A stretch of DNA of 64,000 nt from Azolla caroliniana. Taxonomy: Eukaryota; Plantae; Polypodiophyta. Location: assembly GCA_043228905.1 (NCBI GenBank), contig JBHGNT010000011.1, positions 4,650,001-4,714,000 of the forward strand, written 5' to 3'. Of the stretch, positions 11,532 through 24,402 are shown piece after piece. The notes under the pieces were generated by a model, which did no database searches, was not told the origin of the DNA, and saw only the letters and a program-made list of their open reading frames with translations. The position numbers and the translations under genes were made by a program. Every line of letters begins with the position of its first letter. Positions within the stretch are counted from its first letter, which is position 1.

Positions 11532-14318
11532 CCGTCTCATCAAACTCGACATCTCGGCTTACTCGGACCGGCTTAGTCTGAGGGTTATAGCACTTATACC
11601 CCTTCTGTTCATGCGAGTAGCCAACTAGGATGCACTTCTCCGACTTTAGATCTAGCTTTCTCCGCTTCTCATCCGGTACATGCACATATGCTATGCTATC
11701 GAATATCCGAAGGTGTCTCAAATTCGGGTTGCGCCCGAAATACAGCTACTGTGCTGACACCTTGTCACCGATCCGGTTTTAGATGTAGACGACCGTCCGG
11801 ACCACCTCAACCCAATAGAATTGAGGCATGCTCTTCTCCTCCAGCATTTCCCTTGTTGCGTCGACAATCAACCGGTTCTTCCTTTCAGCCACACTGTTTT
11901 GCTCCGACGTGTATCTACAGCTGAATTCTCTCTTAATTCCAGTTTGTTGCAGATAATTGTTGAATTGGCCAGAAAAGTATTCTTTCTCGCCATCCGACCG
12001 CAGACACTTGATCTTCCTCTCCGTTTCCCGTTCAACCAAGCTTTGAAGGTTCCGGAAACACTCAAAGACTTCGCTCTTCCTCTCGATGAGGTACATGCAC
12101 GTGTGCCGGCTGTAGTCGTCGATGAAGGAGACAAAATACCGATTCCCGCCAAGACTAACGTTTTGTGCCGGTCCCCATACATCCGAATGGATTAAATCAA
12201 GCTTGTTAGGGATCCGGTTTTGATCGGTGGGGAATGGAAGCCGGTGTTGCTTCCCGAGTTGGCAGGCTTCACAAATTTCGGCCTTCGGACCGCTAAATTT
12301 TGGCAAACCGAAGACAACCTATTTCAATTGCAGGTCCTTAAGCCTCCGGTAGTTGAAATGGTTGATCCACTTGTGCCACAAGTCGACATCCGACTCGACT
12401 TTCTGCCCTTTGGCAAACATGGCAGTGCCAACGTCATTGGTGTTGAGGATGAACATTCTCCCTTCTCTGCACCCTGGCGCAAGTATCTGGTCTTCTTCCT
12501 CGATGAAGCACCCTAGGTGCATAAACCGCACCTGCATCCCCTAGTTGACGATTTGTCCAACTAACACCAGGTTCTTTGTGATAGTTGGAATGTGTGGTAC
12601 GTTCATCAGCTTCCCTTTTGTCTGACATGGCTTAAAGGGACTTCTCCGACATGCACAATCGGGTGAGGGGTGTCGTCTCCGGTTTCGACAATCCCCAGTT
12701 GTTCCAGTTTCTCCAAAAAGGAGAACCACTCTTCATGGCTCGTCATGTGGTTGGACGCTCCAGAATCAACGTACCATACTTCCTCCGATTTGGAAGTAGT
12801 CTTCTTCATTGAGTTAGCCTTGTGTTTCATCACGAAGGTTGGCTCTTTACCGGTTTTCCCAGTTCCAGATCTTTCTGATCCTTACGCGTAGTGCGAGCTT
12901 TGCCGGTTCTCCCGATCAGTTTTGCCAGATCCGGATTTGTCCGAATCGGCGCGCTTCTTCTAGCACTCGCTTTCCCTGTGGCCCTTTTTGCCACAGTACC
13001 AACACTCTGTGTCGGCCTTTCCTTGCCAGCTCCCGACGTTGCTTTGACTCCCCTAGCTTGTGGAGGGTTCGGAATTGTTGTCGACACCTCCTATTTGCCT
13101 CCAGTCCTACTCTTGTTGGCCTCCTCTATTGCGTGCTGACCCACCTCGTCCACCACGTCCATGGGGCCGATCTATCTCCGTGTATAGCATCCGGCCATCC
13201 GATTGAGTGGTCCTTGACCCACTCGCATGGTTTTCTTCAACCATCAGCATCGATTGCAAGTCGAAGAGAGACGGTGATTTCTCCCGAGTGCAGATCGCTG
13301 TCCGGATTGGCCCATACCTTTGCATTTGACCACCGAGGCAGATTTGTACCATCTCTTTTTCGTCCACTATCATGTTGATGGACCCGAGTGCGTCGCAAAT
13401 CTCCTTTATCTTGGTGGTGTAATCCGTAACCGACGTGTCTCTTTGCCAAATGTTGTTCAGCACTTGCCGGGCTACAACTTATGGGATGTGGTACTCGCGG
13501 CGAAAATCTTCCTCAGATTTCCCTAGGCCTCCTATGGCATCTTTGCATCCTTGATGTAACCGAGCATTTGATCGTGCACACAGGACGCGAGGCAGTACAA
13601 TACTCGGCTCACTCCTTGCTCCTATATGGGGAAGTCCTTGTGTGACGGCTCCAGTACTACTTCATTTGTTCCTTTCACGAAGCTCCAATATCCATGCCCC
13701 AGTAGGTACTGGTGCATTTTATATGACCAGGACGCGTAGTTGCTCCGATCGAGCTTCTCTATTGGAAGTGAACTCGCCATTCCTCTATCCATATCTTCTC
13801 TCTATCTATTGTTACCGGGTTCGAGGGTTCGTCTACGGAAGCAAGTGTCGGTTGCAGACGTTCTCAACCCTCGCACTCTGATGCCATGTGAATGTAAATG
13901 TGCGGAAGCGATAGACAGAACCGGCTCAGCCGGATAGCAACAGAGAATAAGAGGTTTAATGGAAAAGCTTAATACACAAAGAGATTATACACAGGGGAGA
14001 CAGAGAGAGCTAAACGTAAAATGTTTATTCAAAATAACTCTCCAACTCTGTACATACAATGTGCTAAACAACACTATTTATACAAGTTCATAAAGGGCTG
14101 ACAAAAGTAGTGACAGGTACTTAAATATTCCTACATGCGACTGACACTAACTACGAGATAATGATTACCTAGTAGTCTAGGATACTACTAGGCTTCCGGT
14201 TCCGCTCGAAAACGGCTCTCCGATCCGTCTCCCCGATCCGGCCAGTTGTTTCCAGATACCGATCCGGCTCATCCTTCCAGATGCCGATCCGGATCTGGTT
14301 GAGCTTGCTCGCTTAACA
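11532..14318 (-). mobile_element. Ty1/copia family A copy A2, 5' half (gag-PR-IN), interrupted by G1
   Basis: 5' LTR 13887-14318, mutated PBS-Met 13875-13886, WYVDSGASNHM, integrase HSDVWGP; frameshifts and stops. Confidence 0.92.
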
Positions 14319-14320
14319 GT

Positions 14321-16090
14321 TCTTTTTCTTTTTCCTTTTTAAGTAACACTTGTATTACTAGTGGGAAACTTCAAAGTGAGGTGAAAACCCACAAATAATA
14401 AAGAAAAATATACTTGTTGATTAGACACTAAAGAGCTTAAAAGCACTCAAAGTAAAGATTGTAAATTTGAGGTGTGATGTGTCTAAGTTGCAAACAATCA
14501 AATAGAGGTTGCCTGAGGGATTACTTAAAGAAGCTAACTTCATGCAGTTGGTTTCCATCAAAGACCTTATTATTGCGGGTTGTCCAAATGGTCGAGAGTG
14601 CCCAAAATCGTGTCCATTGGAGAAAATAGGCATTGTTGGATAGGGCGCATAGAATTTGTCCAAATATCCAAAAGTGTTTGCCAAACCTTCGGCTAGGAAA
14701 TATGTGATAAAGAGATGCACTTAGTCTTTGTACAAATGTTGTAGTGAATGAGCAAGTCCACAATAAGTGTGAGACCGTTTCCAATCGTCCACCACATCTT
14801 GCACAATGCAGGGAGGCTATCGATCTCTTTTGAAGATTTGACCCAATCGGGATCACACCCAATAAGCATCTCCATAGGAATACCCATTGCTTAATTGGAA
14901 GACCAGACCTCCATAAGCTTGTAAGCTTGTTTTTCCACCAAGATTGCGTTTTGTGTAGGTTCCATAATGCATTTGCATGTTTGTGAAAGTATGGGATAGG
15001 TTGCAACAACATATACACTGAATGTGTTGTAATGTTATGCATTGGAATAACAATGTTCCCTTTCTGTAACATCCAATCCTGAATCCTGAGATCTCTATCA
15101 AGAGGTGGCACAAGTACTAAGGAAAGTACCAACTCTGTAACTTGATTCCAGATAACACGATGATGTGGTCCAAGACTATATCGACATGTCATGTCATGTC
15201 ATTGAAGTACAATAAGTGACCTTGGTCATTTACCACATCTGCAATTGATTTCAGCCCCTTCTTTGTGAAAAAAGAAGCTTTCCTAGGCTCTTGTTCAGCT
15301 AGTGAATGTGGGAATATACCAGTCCAATGTAAGCTTTCGAGGCGTAAAGAGTTCCCTGATTCTGAATTCCTACCTCTCCATTTTATGTGGTGCAATACTT
15401 CCTTCCAGTGCTTTAGAAGCTTTGAGCTAAACGGACAACCTTTAATGTGCCCGTCAAGCTTTCCACACACTACATCCCAATGGTTAGTATCCCATGAGCC
15501 AAATGACTTGGTTTTCAAATGATCATAGATATTAGATAGAATTCTTGCCCAAGGCAATGTTTGTTTAGCAAATATTGGCAATAAAGTAGCTTTTCTAGCC
15601 AACATATGCAAATGCAAATTAAGAATATTTGGCCCTCCACTCAATCGTGGAGTGCATATCTTCTCTAGTGATAGGAGTCGTATACCTCTATGCGACTGCT
15701 TAGAGCACCAAAAGCTGCTTATAATTTTTTACTTAATCTTTTGTATCATGTGTTTTGGCCAATCAATCATAATTAAGTAATACTGCATGTAAGCCATGAA
15801 TATTGATTGCACCATCTGCAATCTGACATGGAGTGACCATGTTGCAATCTTCCAATAGCTTAGCTTTTGTCTCACTTTGTGCAGAACCCATTCAACCTTT
15901 CTTTTCCTTGTTGCATTCCATCCCAATGGATAGCCAAGATGTCTAACCATTTCATTTGGGTTAACAACTTCACCTGGCCACAAAAGTTGATGCCAACTAT
16001 ATGGTGTCAAGGGTAGAAGTTTGGACTTGTTGAAGTTAACATGCAATCCAACAGCTAACCATACAATTTGAGGGCATCCATAATCACTCT
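14321..16090 (-). mobile_element. 5'-truncated L1-like LINE (RT C-terminus + zf-RVT), decayed
   Basis: VNFNKSKL, VRHLGYPLG, GGPNILNL; zf-RVT FLWRCLLGVIP...CARC...ETVSHLLWTC; A-rich tail on - strand at 14321-14340. Confidence 0.85.
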
Positions 16091-17097
16091 CATATCATTT
16101 GGATTATAATCTAATTATAAGGTGATCATGGGATTTTATTTAATGTGGGATTAAATAGATATAAACTTTGTCATTATTAAAAGGAATTTGCCATTTTTTC
16201 CACCATTCGAGACATAAAATCATTGAACATATTGGAGCATCATTATTGAGCTCACAATTGTACCAATCAATCAAAATAGAGACAATGAGATAAATTAAGT
16301 CACATTATTGATAGAAAACATGTAGTCTTGCACATTGCTTTGTCATTGGAAGAAAGATTATTCCTGTGGTGCTACTTACTTGAGGTTTTACTCGTTGCGT
16401 ACATCTTCTGTAAAAAAATGTTAGAATTGGATGCATAAATTGCCAAATTTGTTCAAAGATGCAATTCCTAAGATATTGAAATTGCCATAATCTTAAGCAT
16501 TTCTTAGGAAGGTTGAACCAACAACCATATAATTCTTTCCCACAATTGGATAGAACATTCAAATAATTGATCTCATTCCCAAACATTATATCCAATTTTT
16601 TAACTGAGTGAGATGTTTGGGGATTATTAACCACATGGGTACAGTGTAATCACATGATCTCCAATTGGCCTTCTCTAAACCAGCTATTTTTTATCAAGCT
16701 TTTCTCACATACACCCATCATTGCATGAGTTTCTATTGCTTCATGATATTTCCTTGGACATTATTTTATAGTTTCTTGTAGTGCTTTTGAGCACAACTTG
16801 TAAATTAAGGTTTTCTATGCATTCTTGCCTCTCCTCGACGTTTCCTACTAGTAGTATAAAGAATTACTAAAAGAAAGGAAATTTAAGACAACCTTTTCGC
16901 AAAACTTGACGTTGAATTAAAAACTCTAGACTTCACTATTATTACCTTGTCAATATTAGCTCATGTTACCCATGCATCATTCGTTCTTAAGCCTACATTC
17001 ATGCACAATTGAAGAACATGAAATATCTTCAATAGTTATTCAATATATAGCATGTACCATTAGGCTATGCACATTCAAGGTTCCACAGATCACACTA

Positions 17098-17107
17098 GAC
17101 ACGTGGC
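17098..17107 (+). promoter_or_regulatory. Candidate ABRE/G-box GACACGTGGC upstream of the ASR gene
   Basis: Exact ACGTGGC ABRE core in Em1a-type context, ~1.13 kb upstream of the ATG of an ABA/stress gene; function unproven. Confidence 0.4.
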
Positions 17108-18159
17108 TTTTGAGTGGTGGCCCTAGTAAACACTCTAGCTCCACAACATATATTACATTACCTTTTCCCTTGATGAGGGCCGATAGACAAAGTGGTCTAA
17201 GTGCAGAGAACTATAATAGAGGTCCAACATGTGGACCACCTTCTAATCCACAATTTCCCTTAGGAGGGCTAGTTATAAAATTTGATGTGGTTTTCTATAT
17301 AAACTAGTACCATAATCCATTCGATGACCTCATGAGTCATGACATTCTTATGCATGCATGTGTTAGAACTACATATTGAAATGATTATATTATGTAAGCC
17401 TCAAATAAAAATTAATTTCCTAAAGGTTGTTTAGAGTTTCTCTTATAAGGAAAACATGAAAAGACCAACATTGAAAGCATGATAAAAAAAGAACAAAGTA
17501 ATGGTGAGAAACTAACTAAAAAGGAGTGATTATTGTGCATATGAGAATTTATTATGGAGTTAACAACACTCAGTCCTTGCAAGAAAATTGATGATTCTAT
17601 ATCATATGTTAAGCCATATTATTTTAACTGACGATGATTATGATATGTCAAAACACTCGTAAACGAATGTATAAGGCAACTCATGGGTATCTCCATCTAA
17701 GCCATATATGCTTAAGAATTATCCACAAAAATAAATTCTCATATTATGAGAATGTGAGTAGTTATGTGTAACAATTTATAGAGTGTAAATATGACTGCTT
17801 TGTGATAAACAAATAAATGACAAAATGTATCTGACCATATAGCTTGCCATGTGTCAATAAAAAATGGGGAAGGACTAAGACAAGATTGAAAACATTTCTA
17901 ACGATCCACATGTCACCTACACAAAATGTCTCCCTACAAGGACTTTAAGACAGTGGGGTTATATGTGGAGAAAGGCTCCACTCTTCAAGTGGTGACAACA
18001 TGGGAGGATTGTTGCTTCGTTGGATACATCAACCAACCATTTTTTTCTTCATACATTTTGGGATAATATCAAACTTTATGAAAAGTCATGGATGGGGTGA
18101 CCTTGAAAAGATAAGCATATACAAAGTATGAACTGTGATATATTAAATCATGAATGGGT

Positions 18160-18166
18160 TATATAA
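18160..18166 (+). promoter_or_regulatory. TATA box of the ASR gene
   Basis: TATATAA 72-78 nt upstream of ATG 18238, followed by a pyrimidine-rich leader. Confidence 0.6.
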
Positions 18167-18237
18167 GGGAGGCTTGTGATGCATTGAAACCAAATTCAAT
18201 TTTCTTTATTTCTCTTTCATCTTGATCAAATTTTGGT

Positions 18238-19873
18238 ATGGCTGAAGAGCACAACCAACATCACCATTTCTTCCATCACAAGGAAGAGGAGGGTAAGGAT
18301 GGGGATTATGTCAATTCTTCTCCTGCTCCTCAATATCAAGACTTTGAGAAGGATGAAAAGGCTTCCAAACACAAAGAACATGCAAGTGAACTGGGTGCTC
18401 TAGCTGCAGGAGCCTTTGCATTGGTAATATTTCTTTCTTGTACTTTCCTTTTTAAAGTTGGACATTTATGATAGTGTCGAGCCATGTTCAATGAACCAAT
18501 TTATCAAGGTCCAAATCTCCACAATTGCGCAAACAAACATATTGGAGATGCCATGTTATGTAACGTCATCCATTGAGTCAACTCGCTCATTTTGTATGAT
18601 GCTAGACAATCCTAGAATGACTTGCCCTAGGGAATTGAGACTTTATTTCAAATAAAATGAAGATAAGCCAAGATTTTATTATTGAACTCAAATGTGAGAG
18701 GGTTAAACACTATAATCCATTTTTAAAACCTTATATTGTAAGGGAAAGTAATTTCATGTGTGAAATAAATAGGATATCTAGCTTGTTTAAGTGTGTCTAG
18801 AGATGTTTGTGTTTGGAATGAGCCGGATAAAGAAAGGAGAAAGAGGGTGTATTTGCAATTTAGTTTTAGGCCACCAAATATTAGGGTATTTGTTACCCCG
18901 ATGTACATGCACCAAAAAAAAAATGAAAATTTTCTAGAAATGGATTACTTTTCATAGTAAGGAACGAAAACAATTGTTTTATGGCTAAGTGGAGTTGGAC
19001 TAGTTGTAAACGAATAGCAATGAAAAATGAAAAAATTATGAACACCGACGTTTTCAACCTCATAAAGTGAAACTAAAAAAAGAGTTTTTCTTTCAAAATG
19101 ATATGAAGGTGAGTGGTTTTACTATCTTAATTTAGAGCAAGACCAAATATATGAACCATGCATATTAAATTCTTGAATAGAAACTTTCTTACTTCATGCT
19201 ATTGAGATTCTAAAATTAAAGCTTCTATTGTGTCTTAATGATGTGTATATCAACATCCATGTGGTTCTTGGATGTTTAAGCAACATACTAAGAAAATATC
19301 TACACATTTTAAGGAAATTTGCATTTAAACATGTGACCACTATTGGACATTGTTCTTTAACTCAAACTTCTCAACCTTATGGTTAATAATTTAATATGAG
19401 GTTGTTATCATCATTATAAAATCGATAGTTCATCCATGAAAAAGTGATTTACCTATAGTTAGAATGTGAAACTTATGTTCATGTGTTCGTGAGTGCTTGT
19501 AGCGCAATCACATTATGTATGTATTCATATCCATTTGTGTTTTAGTTCAATGTGTAGCTATAAAGGTGTTGGTTCTAGTTGTTAAGGTCTTGTACTTTGG
19601 CCCTGTTTGTTTTAACCATATTTAATTATTCATATCCTATCAACCTCAAAAAATTGACATCAGTATTTGTATTTTATATAGTATGAACGACATGAAGCTA
19701 AAAAGGATCCAGAACATGCCCATAGACATAAGATAGAAGAGGAAATTGCAGCAGCAGTTAGTGTGGGGGCAGGAGGTTTTGCTTTACATGAACATCATAA
19801 TAAGAAAGAAGCAAAGGAAGCAAAGGAAGAACTTGAAGGAGAACCTAAACATCATTTCTTCAAACATAATTAG
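18238..19873 (+). CDS. ASR: Abscisic acid stress ripening (ABA/WDS) protein, 125 aa; exons 18238-18423 and 19682-19873
   Basis: Spliced product [14 protein letters not shown]...[19 protein letters not shown]|[39 protein letters not shown]...; GT-AG phase-0 intron 18424-19681 at the usual ASR position; intact frame. Confidence 0.97.
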
Positions 19874-21259
19874 AGAAGTTTGTTTTTATTTCCATGTTAA
19901 TAAATGTGAACATCTTAACATTTATGTAAGTGGTGGTTATTTCCCTAGTTCTTCTTTGGATAACATTAAGAATAATGACTTTTGTGTTGTTCGCAAAGCG
20001 TAACACGTTTATTGACTTGGGTTATTTGTATATAAATCAGATGTCTTAGTGGCGATTAATAACACATCTTTATAAATATCCTTATTCTAATATCTATGTG
20101 TGATAGAACAACAATGATGCTCATAGTGACATGAACTTTAACAATAGGGATAAAGTTATACCATTAAAAAAATTTATTAAGTCGTTCATTTACATAGTTA
20201 GAGAATTAGGTATTTTTAATTACAAGATTGGGATTTTCTCTATATTAGAAATTGAGCTTGTCCTAACTATTTAAAATGTAAGTAAAGAAGTGAAAAAAAA
20301 AATCCATTATAAATAGGTTATATTAACCATGACAGGTAAAAAATGAGAAAAGCCGCTTTTGTTCTATAAAAAAATACTTTTTCTCAATAAGTAAATTATA
20401 ACATTTTTACTGTACTGCAAAATATACTTGTATACGCACATATATAGGAACCCAATTCTTCATTGAGATTGTAGCTATGTTATAGTCATTTAGGGCCTCA
20501 CACATAGAATCGTCAATGTTTATGAAGACTATAAAGGTTTAGAGGAAAATCGCTACAAATGGATTGCTAGGAAGTTTCGCAAGATGAGGCCATAAAACCT
20601 ATTGGCCATTTTATCCCTAGGTTCACATAAGCGAGGCAACAATGCATTGTTGACCTGTTGGCAAATGGCCCATACATGCAATAATGTATTATATCCTCGA
20701 TAAGGTCATGTCTAGAGGCTTTCACTCATGCCCTAAAGATATATCGCCATCTTGTGCCTATCTAGCCACATCATTGTGTTGGTACCTTCTGGGCGTATAC
20801 TTTCTTTTCTAAAACAAAATATTGTTTGCTTGCAAATAGTTAATCTATTGGGTGCCATTTAGTTCATCAAATTATAAAGTCATCCAACAACTCCTTTAGG
20901 TACAAGAAATCATGATCTTTTCATTTGGGAGTGACAAGAACCATGTTCTTACTTAATTGTTGATAGCACAAACCCAAAAGTGGTTACGTTGTCGTGAAGC
21001 TATTCCTTCATGATATGAAAGCAAATTCAAATAGTATTGTGAATGTTATGCATGAGGCTAAAACACAACCTCACATATCAACCACCAAGCATGAACCGTT
21101 TGAATAAAAAATTTCAATAATTTTATATTCTCATCATTGTAATTATGTCTTACGCAACATGGCTATCATGTGTAGTATGTTGATACATGTGCACCAACTG
21201 ACAATCACACATCCTATGCGTCAGATGCACCCACACACACATCCACTCACACATCACAT

Positions 21260-21507
21260 GCACTCTAATTCTAACACCTATTTAAGGAGAAGGAATGGAA
21301 GTTCCTAGGAATTAGGGAAAATACACTCATCTATATAATAAATCAATCAAGCTAGCTTTATGATTTAAACGTTTTTTTAACTCTCACGATCGAAGTCAAG
21401 GGTTTGAGCACTCTTATTCTAACACCTATTTAAAGGAGATGGAATCGAAGTTTATAGGCATGAGGGAAAATACATTTTATCTAAATGATAAATCAATCAA
21501 TCTAGCA
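21260..21507. repeat. Diverged ~95 bp direct repeat pair
   Basis: ATTCTAACACCTATTTAA...GGGAAAATACA...ATAAATCAATCAA.CTAGC occurs at ~21260-21355 and ~21409-21507. Confidence 0.7.
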
Positions 21508-21989
21508 CGGAAAAGGTTTTTCAAACTCTTAGTATCACAAGAAAATGAGTATTTTCTCTTTATCTCTAGTTATAACCCTAACACCATTGGAGAAACATTT
21601 CGTTGGAAGAGAGTGAGCGAGTGAGGCAAAGGTGGAGACACAGAGCCAAATAATTTAATAGTTTAGCAAATATGGCATTTTGGACATTGTAGGGAAAGTG
21701 GGTTACGATTTCAAATAAATCAGTTAATGGCCATCTTCGGTTTCATTTGAAAGTCAAGAAAGAATTAGGATTCTTATCAAGACGGTGGACTAGAGAGGTC
21801 CATTACGAAACCGGATTAGGGTTTGAACAGTTGAGCAAGAATTAGAGTTGAATAAAATGTGGGGTTTTTTCCACTCAAGTGGAACCCATAACTTAGACCC
21901 ACCTAAGGATTGAGAACTGGCTGAATCGGCTGAGTGCTAAATCGGCTAAGAGTCGTTTGAGGATTGGCTAAAGGACAAAAACTCACTTA

Positions 21990-22020
21990 TACATATGTAT
22001 ACATATGTGTGTGTGTGTGA

Positions 22021-22060
<40 letters not shown>
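21990..22060. repeat. (TG)n/(TA)n microsatellite
   Basis: Direct inspection. Confidence 0.9.
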
Positions 22061-22064
<4 letters not shown>

Positions 22065-23559
22065 CACAATATGACAACCATGTCAGTGATACATAGAGAC
22101 ATAGAGAGTGCATGTGACAGAAAAAGAGAGAAGAAACACAACAAACAAAGAGACATATTGAGAGAGAGTGACATAATTTATATGAAGAGAAAATAGAGAT
22201 CTATGAGGGGTTGTTCTTGCTATCAAGAACCCACAAGTGTACAACACCTTTCTTGTTAGTTTTTATCAGGTTCTTTTGTTCTATGTTTTTCAGATACTTT
22301 TCTGTTGCTCATTCCACCTAGTCGGGTGATGATAATTACCAAGGCTGTTGCCTTGAGGCATATGTATTCCTCTAGTGAAAACTAGAAAGGTTGTACTTGG
22401 TTTTACTTTGAGCATAGTGAAGTTTTTTAGAACCCGATGGGTCCCATGGTTTTTCCCGATTTGGGTTTTCTATGTAAAATCTAGGATACTTTGATTTCTA
22501 TTTTTCCATGTAAAATCGATTCATCCTAGAGTATTCCTAACATGCAGAAACATAAGCAACACATTATAATGAAGAACACCAAGATCATATACATAGACAA
22601 GATGAACAAAGAATCTGACCGAGAGACACACACACACCCACACACAATATGTAATTGTATTATTCAAACTCACAGTTACAATCAATGAAGGCAACAACCC
22701 TTTGGGCTAGGTTACAAAGCTAGTTATATACTAACTAGGCTTGGGCAACTGCCCTTTGACTTATTTATAGAATTTTATTAAACCTAGATTGTCTAATGGA
22801 CAATGTGAATATGGCCATTATACATGTCCGCCGCTTCCGATGACCAACTGTGAAACACTGAAGCAAAGCGGACAGTCATATATGAAACGACGCAACGGAG
22901 CAGACAAGGGGTACATAACGGAAAGATGGGTAGGGATGAGGAGAAAGTGTAAGAGATGGAAAGTAATTATGAGAGAGAGTGAGAAAGAGAGTGCTTCACG
23001 CTTAGTTGTAACCGCCCATGCCCATATATAAAGGGCATGGAAAGCTTGTAAAACGTTAGTTGTAAATTTGTAGGCATGCTCAAGTAATGCACACTCTTTT
23101 TTGCTCAAGCTTTGCTTCTCTGTATATCCATGCCATAATCTGTGGTTGAGTTTTCTTCTGTGTTGAGTCCTATATCCTTCGCCACTAGAGGCTGCTAGTG
23201 CAGAGCTCCACAACCTCCCAGTTACGTTGAGCGCCCATGACGACGCTGAGTGTCATCACAATACGACTCACACACCCTCCGCTTGTTCCACAGTCACCTT
23301 GAGCAGCTTACCTGAGAAATGTGTAATGGCACCGTGTCCACCGAACTGGCAACACTTTTGGCACGCCCATAGATCTGTGCAAGCACAACGAACGTCATCG
23401 AATGCATGTCTAGTCGCCATGGCAACAATGAAACAGGCAACCACTGACCTCTCACTCATGCCAAGGCTAAGAGGATACTAGAGGCTCTCATCATCAACCT
23501 CATCGAAAACACCAACCAGATCTCGTAGCAAGACGAGACCCTGCCCGATTCCATGCCTG

Positions 23560-24070
23560 TAGAGCCACCCCGACACGAAGTCACCAAATGGTTGGACTCT
23601 ACCATAACCAACACGAATCAATTCGGGTGTGACAACCCGTCAGATCGCAGATCACAAACCAACCCCTCTGAACTTACACAGCTGTGGGCGAGTTCACACC
23701 ACTTCATTTTCATCCTCTTCAAAAAATTCTTCATGCTTATTTTCTCCCTTGAACCATCACAATCCTTATTAGTAAGGCTCCACTGTAGAAGTCCTATACG
23801 AAATTCCCCACATCTCGCAGTGGATGATCTCGTAGGTGCTCCCTATTTCTTTCGTGATTTGGTTGAATAGTAAGGAACTGTACCGACCTCTTCCCATCCT
23901 GGCTTCGAATCCTGGCAAATGCCGCTCCGTTATCAATCACTTTAGTCTCCATTCACATTGTTGTGATGTACGGTTGCCCCAAAATTACCGGGTAAAATGA
24001 CTTCTCCTGGACGACGAAGTTTTGATCTACTGCCCCAATTGTAACTTTAATATTTGGGTATACCACGTTC
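23560..24070 (-). mobile_element. 3' end of an RT-less gypsy-like G element (protease region, PPT, start of 3' LTR)
   Basis: Translates as VDQNFVVQEKSFYPVILGQPY...QFLTIQPNHERNRE, homologous to 8628-9062; PPT 23657-23668 in the same context as 8590-8600. Confidence 0.75.
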
Positions 24071-24402
24071 ATTTATAGTATTTGAAACCAACAAGCTTGG
24101 AACATAGCTAACTGAAAACCTTTTATTATCAAGAACATTCACAAGTTCATGTATATAATCATGCTAGGATAAATGAGAAAGTATAATATCATGTTAATAC
24201 CCCAAACTAGAGAAGAGCATGGTGACCAATCATATGTATATACAAATTACAGTCCAAAAAATGATTAAAAAGTGAAATTATGAACGGGTGAATAAAATTA
24301 AACGGTAAACGATTACTTTTGTTCTCATATACAAAAACAATATCAAGTCAAGGTATACATTATGCCTCAAAAATCCTCAAGGTATACATTATGCCATCTA
24401 AA

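Noticed and set aside
16305-16634. 109 aa minus-strand ORF as a gene
   Set aside because: No recognisable motif; AT-rich; no supportable exon structure
18424-18471. C-terminus [15 protein letters not shown] of the ORF-track ASR protein
   Set aside because: Read-through into the intron; the true C-terminus is in exon 2
19746-20003. 85 aa ORF
   Set aside because: Off-frame shadow of ASR exon 2 and its 3' UTR
21570-23560. Possible degraded LTRs or retroelement debris
   Set aside because: LTR-like motifs (GGGTTTTC, (AG)n, TATA) are present but termini, PBS and partner LTR could not be defined
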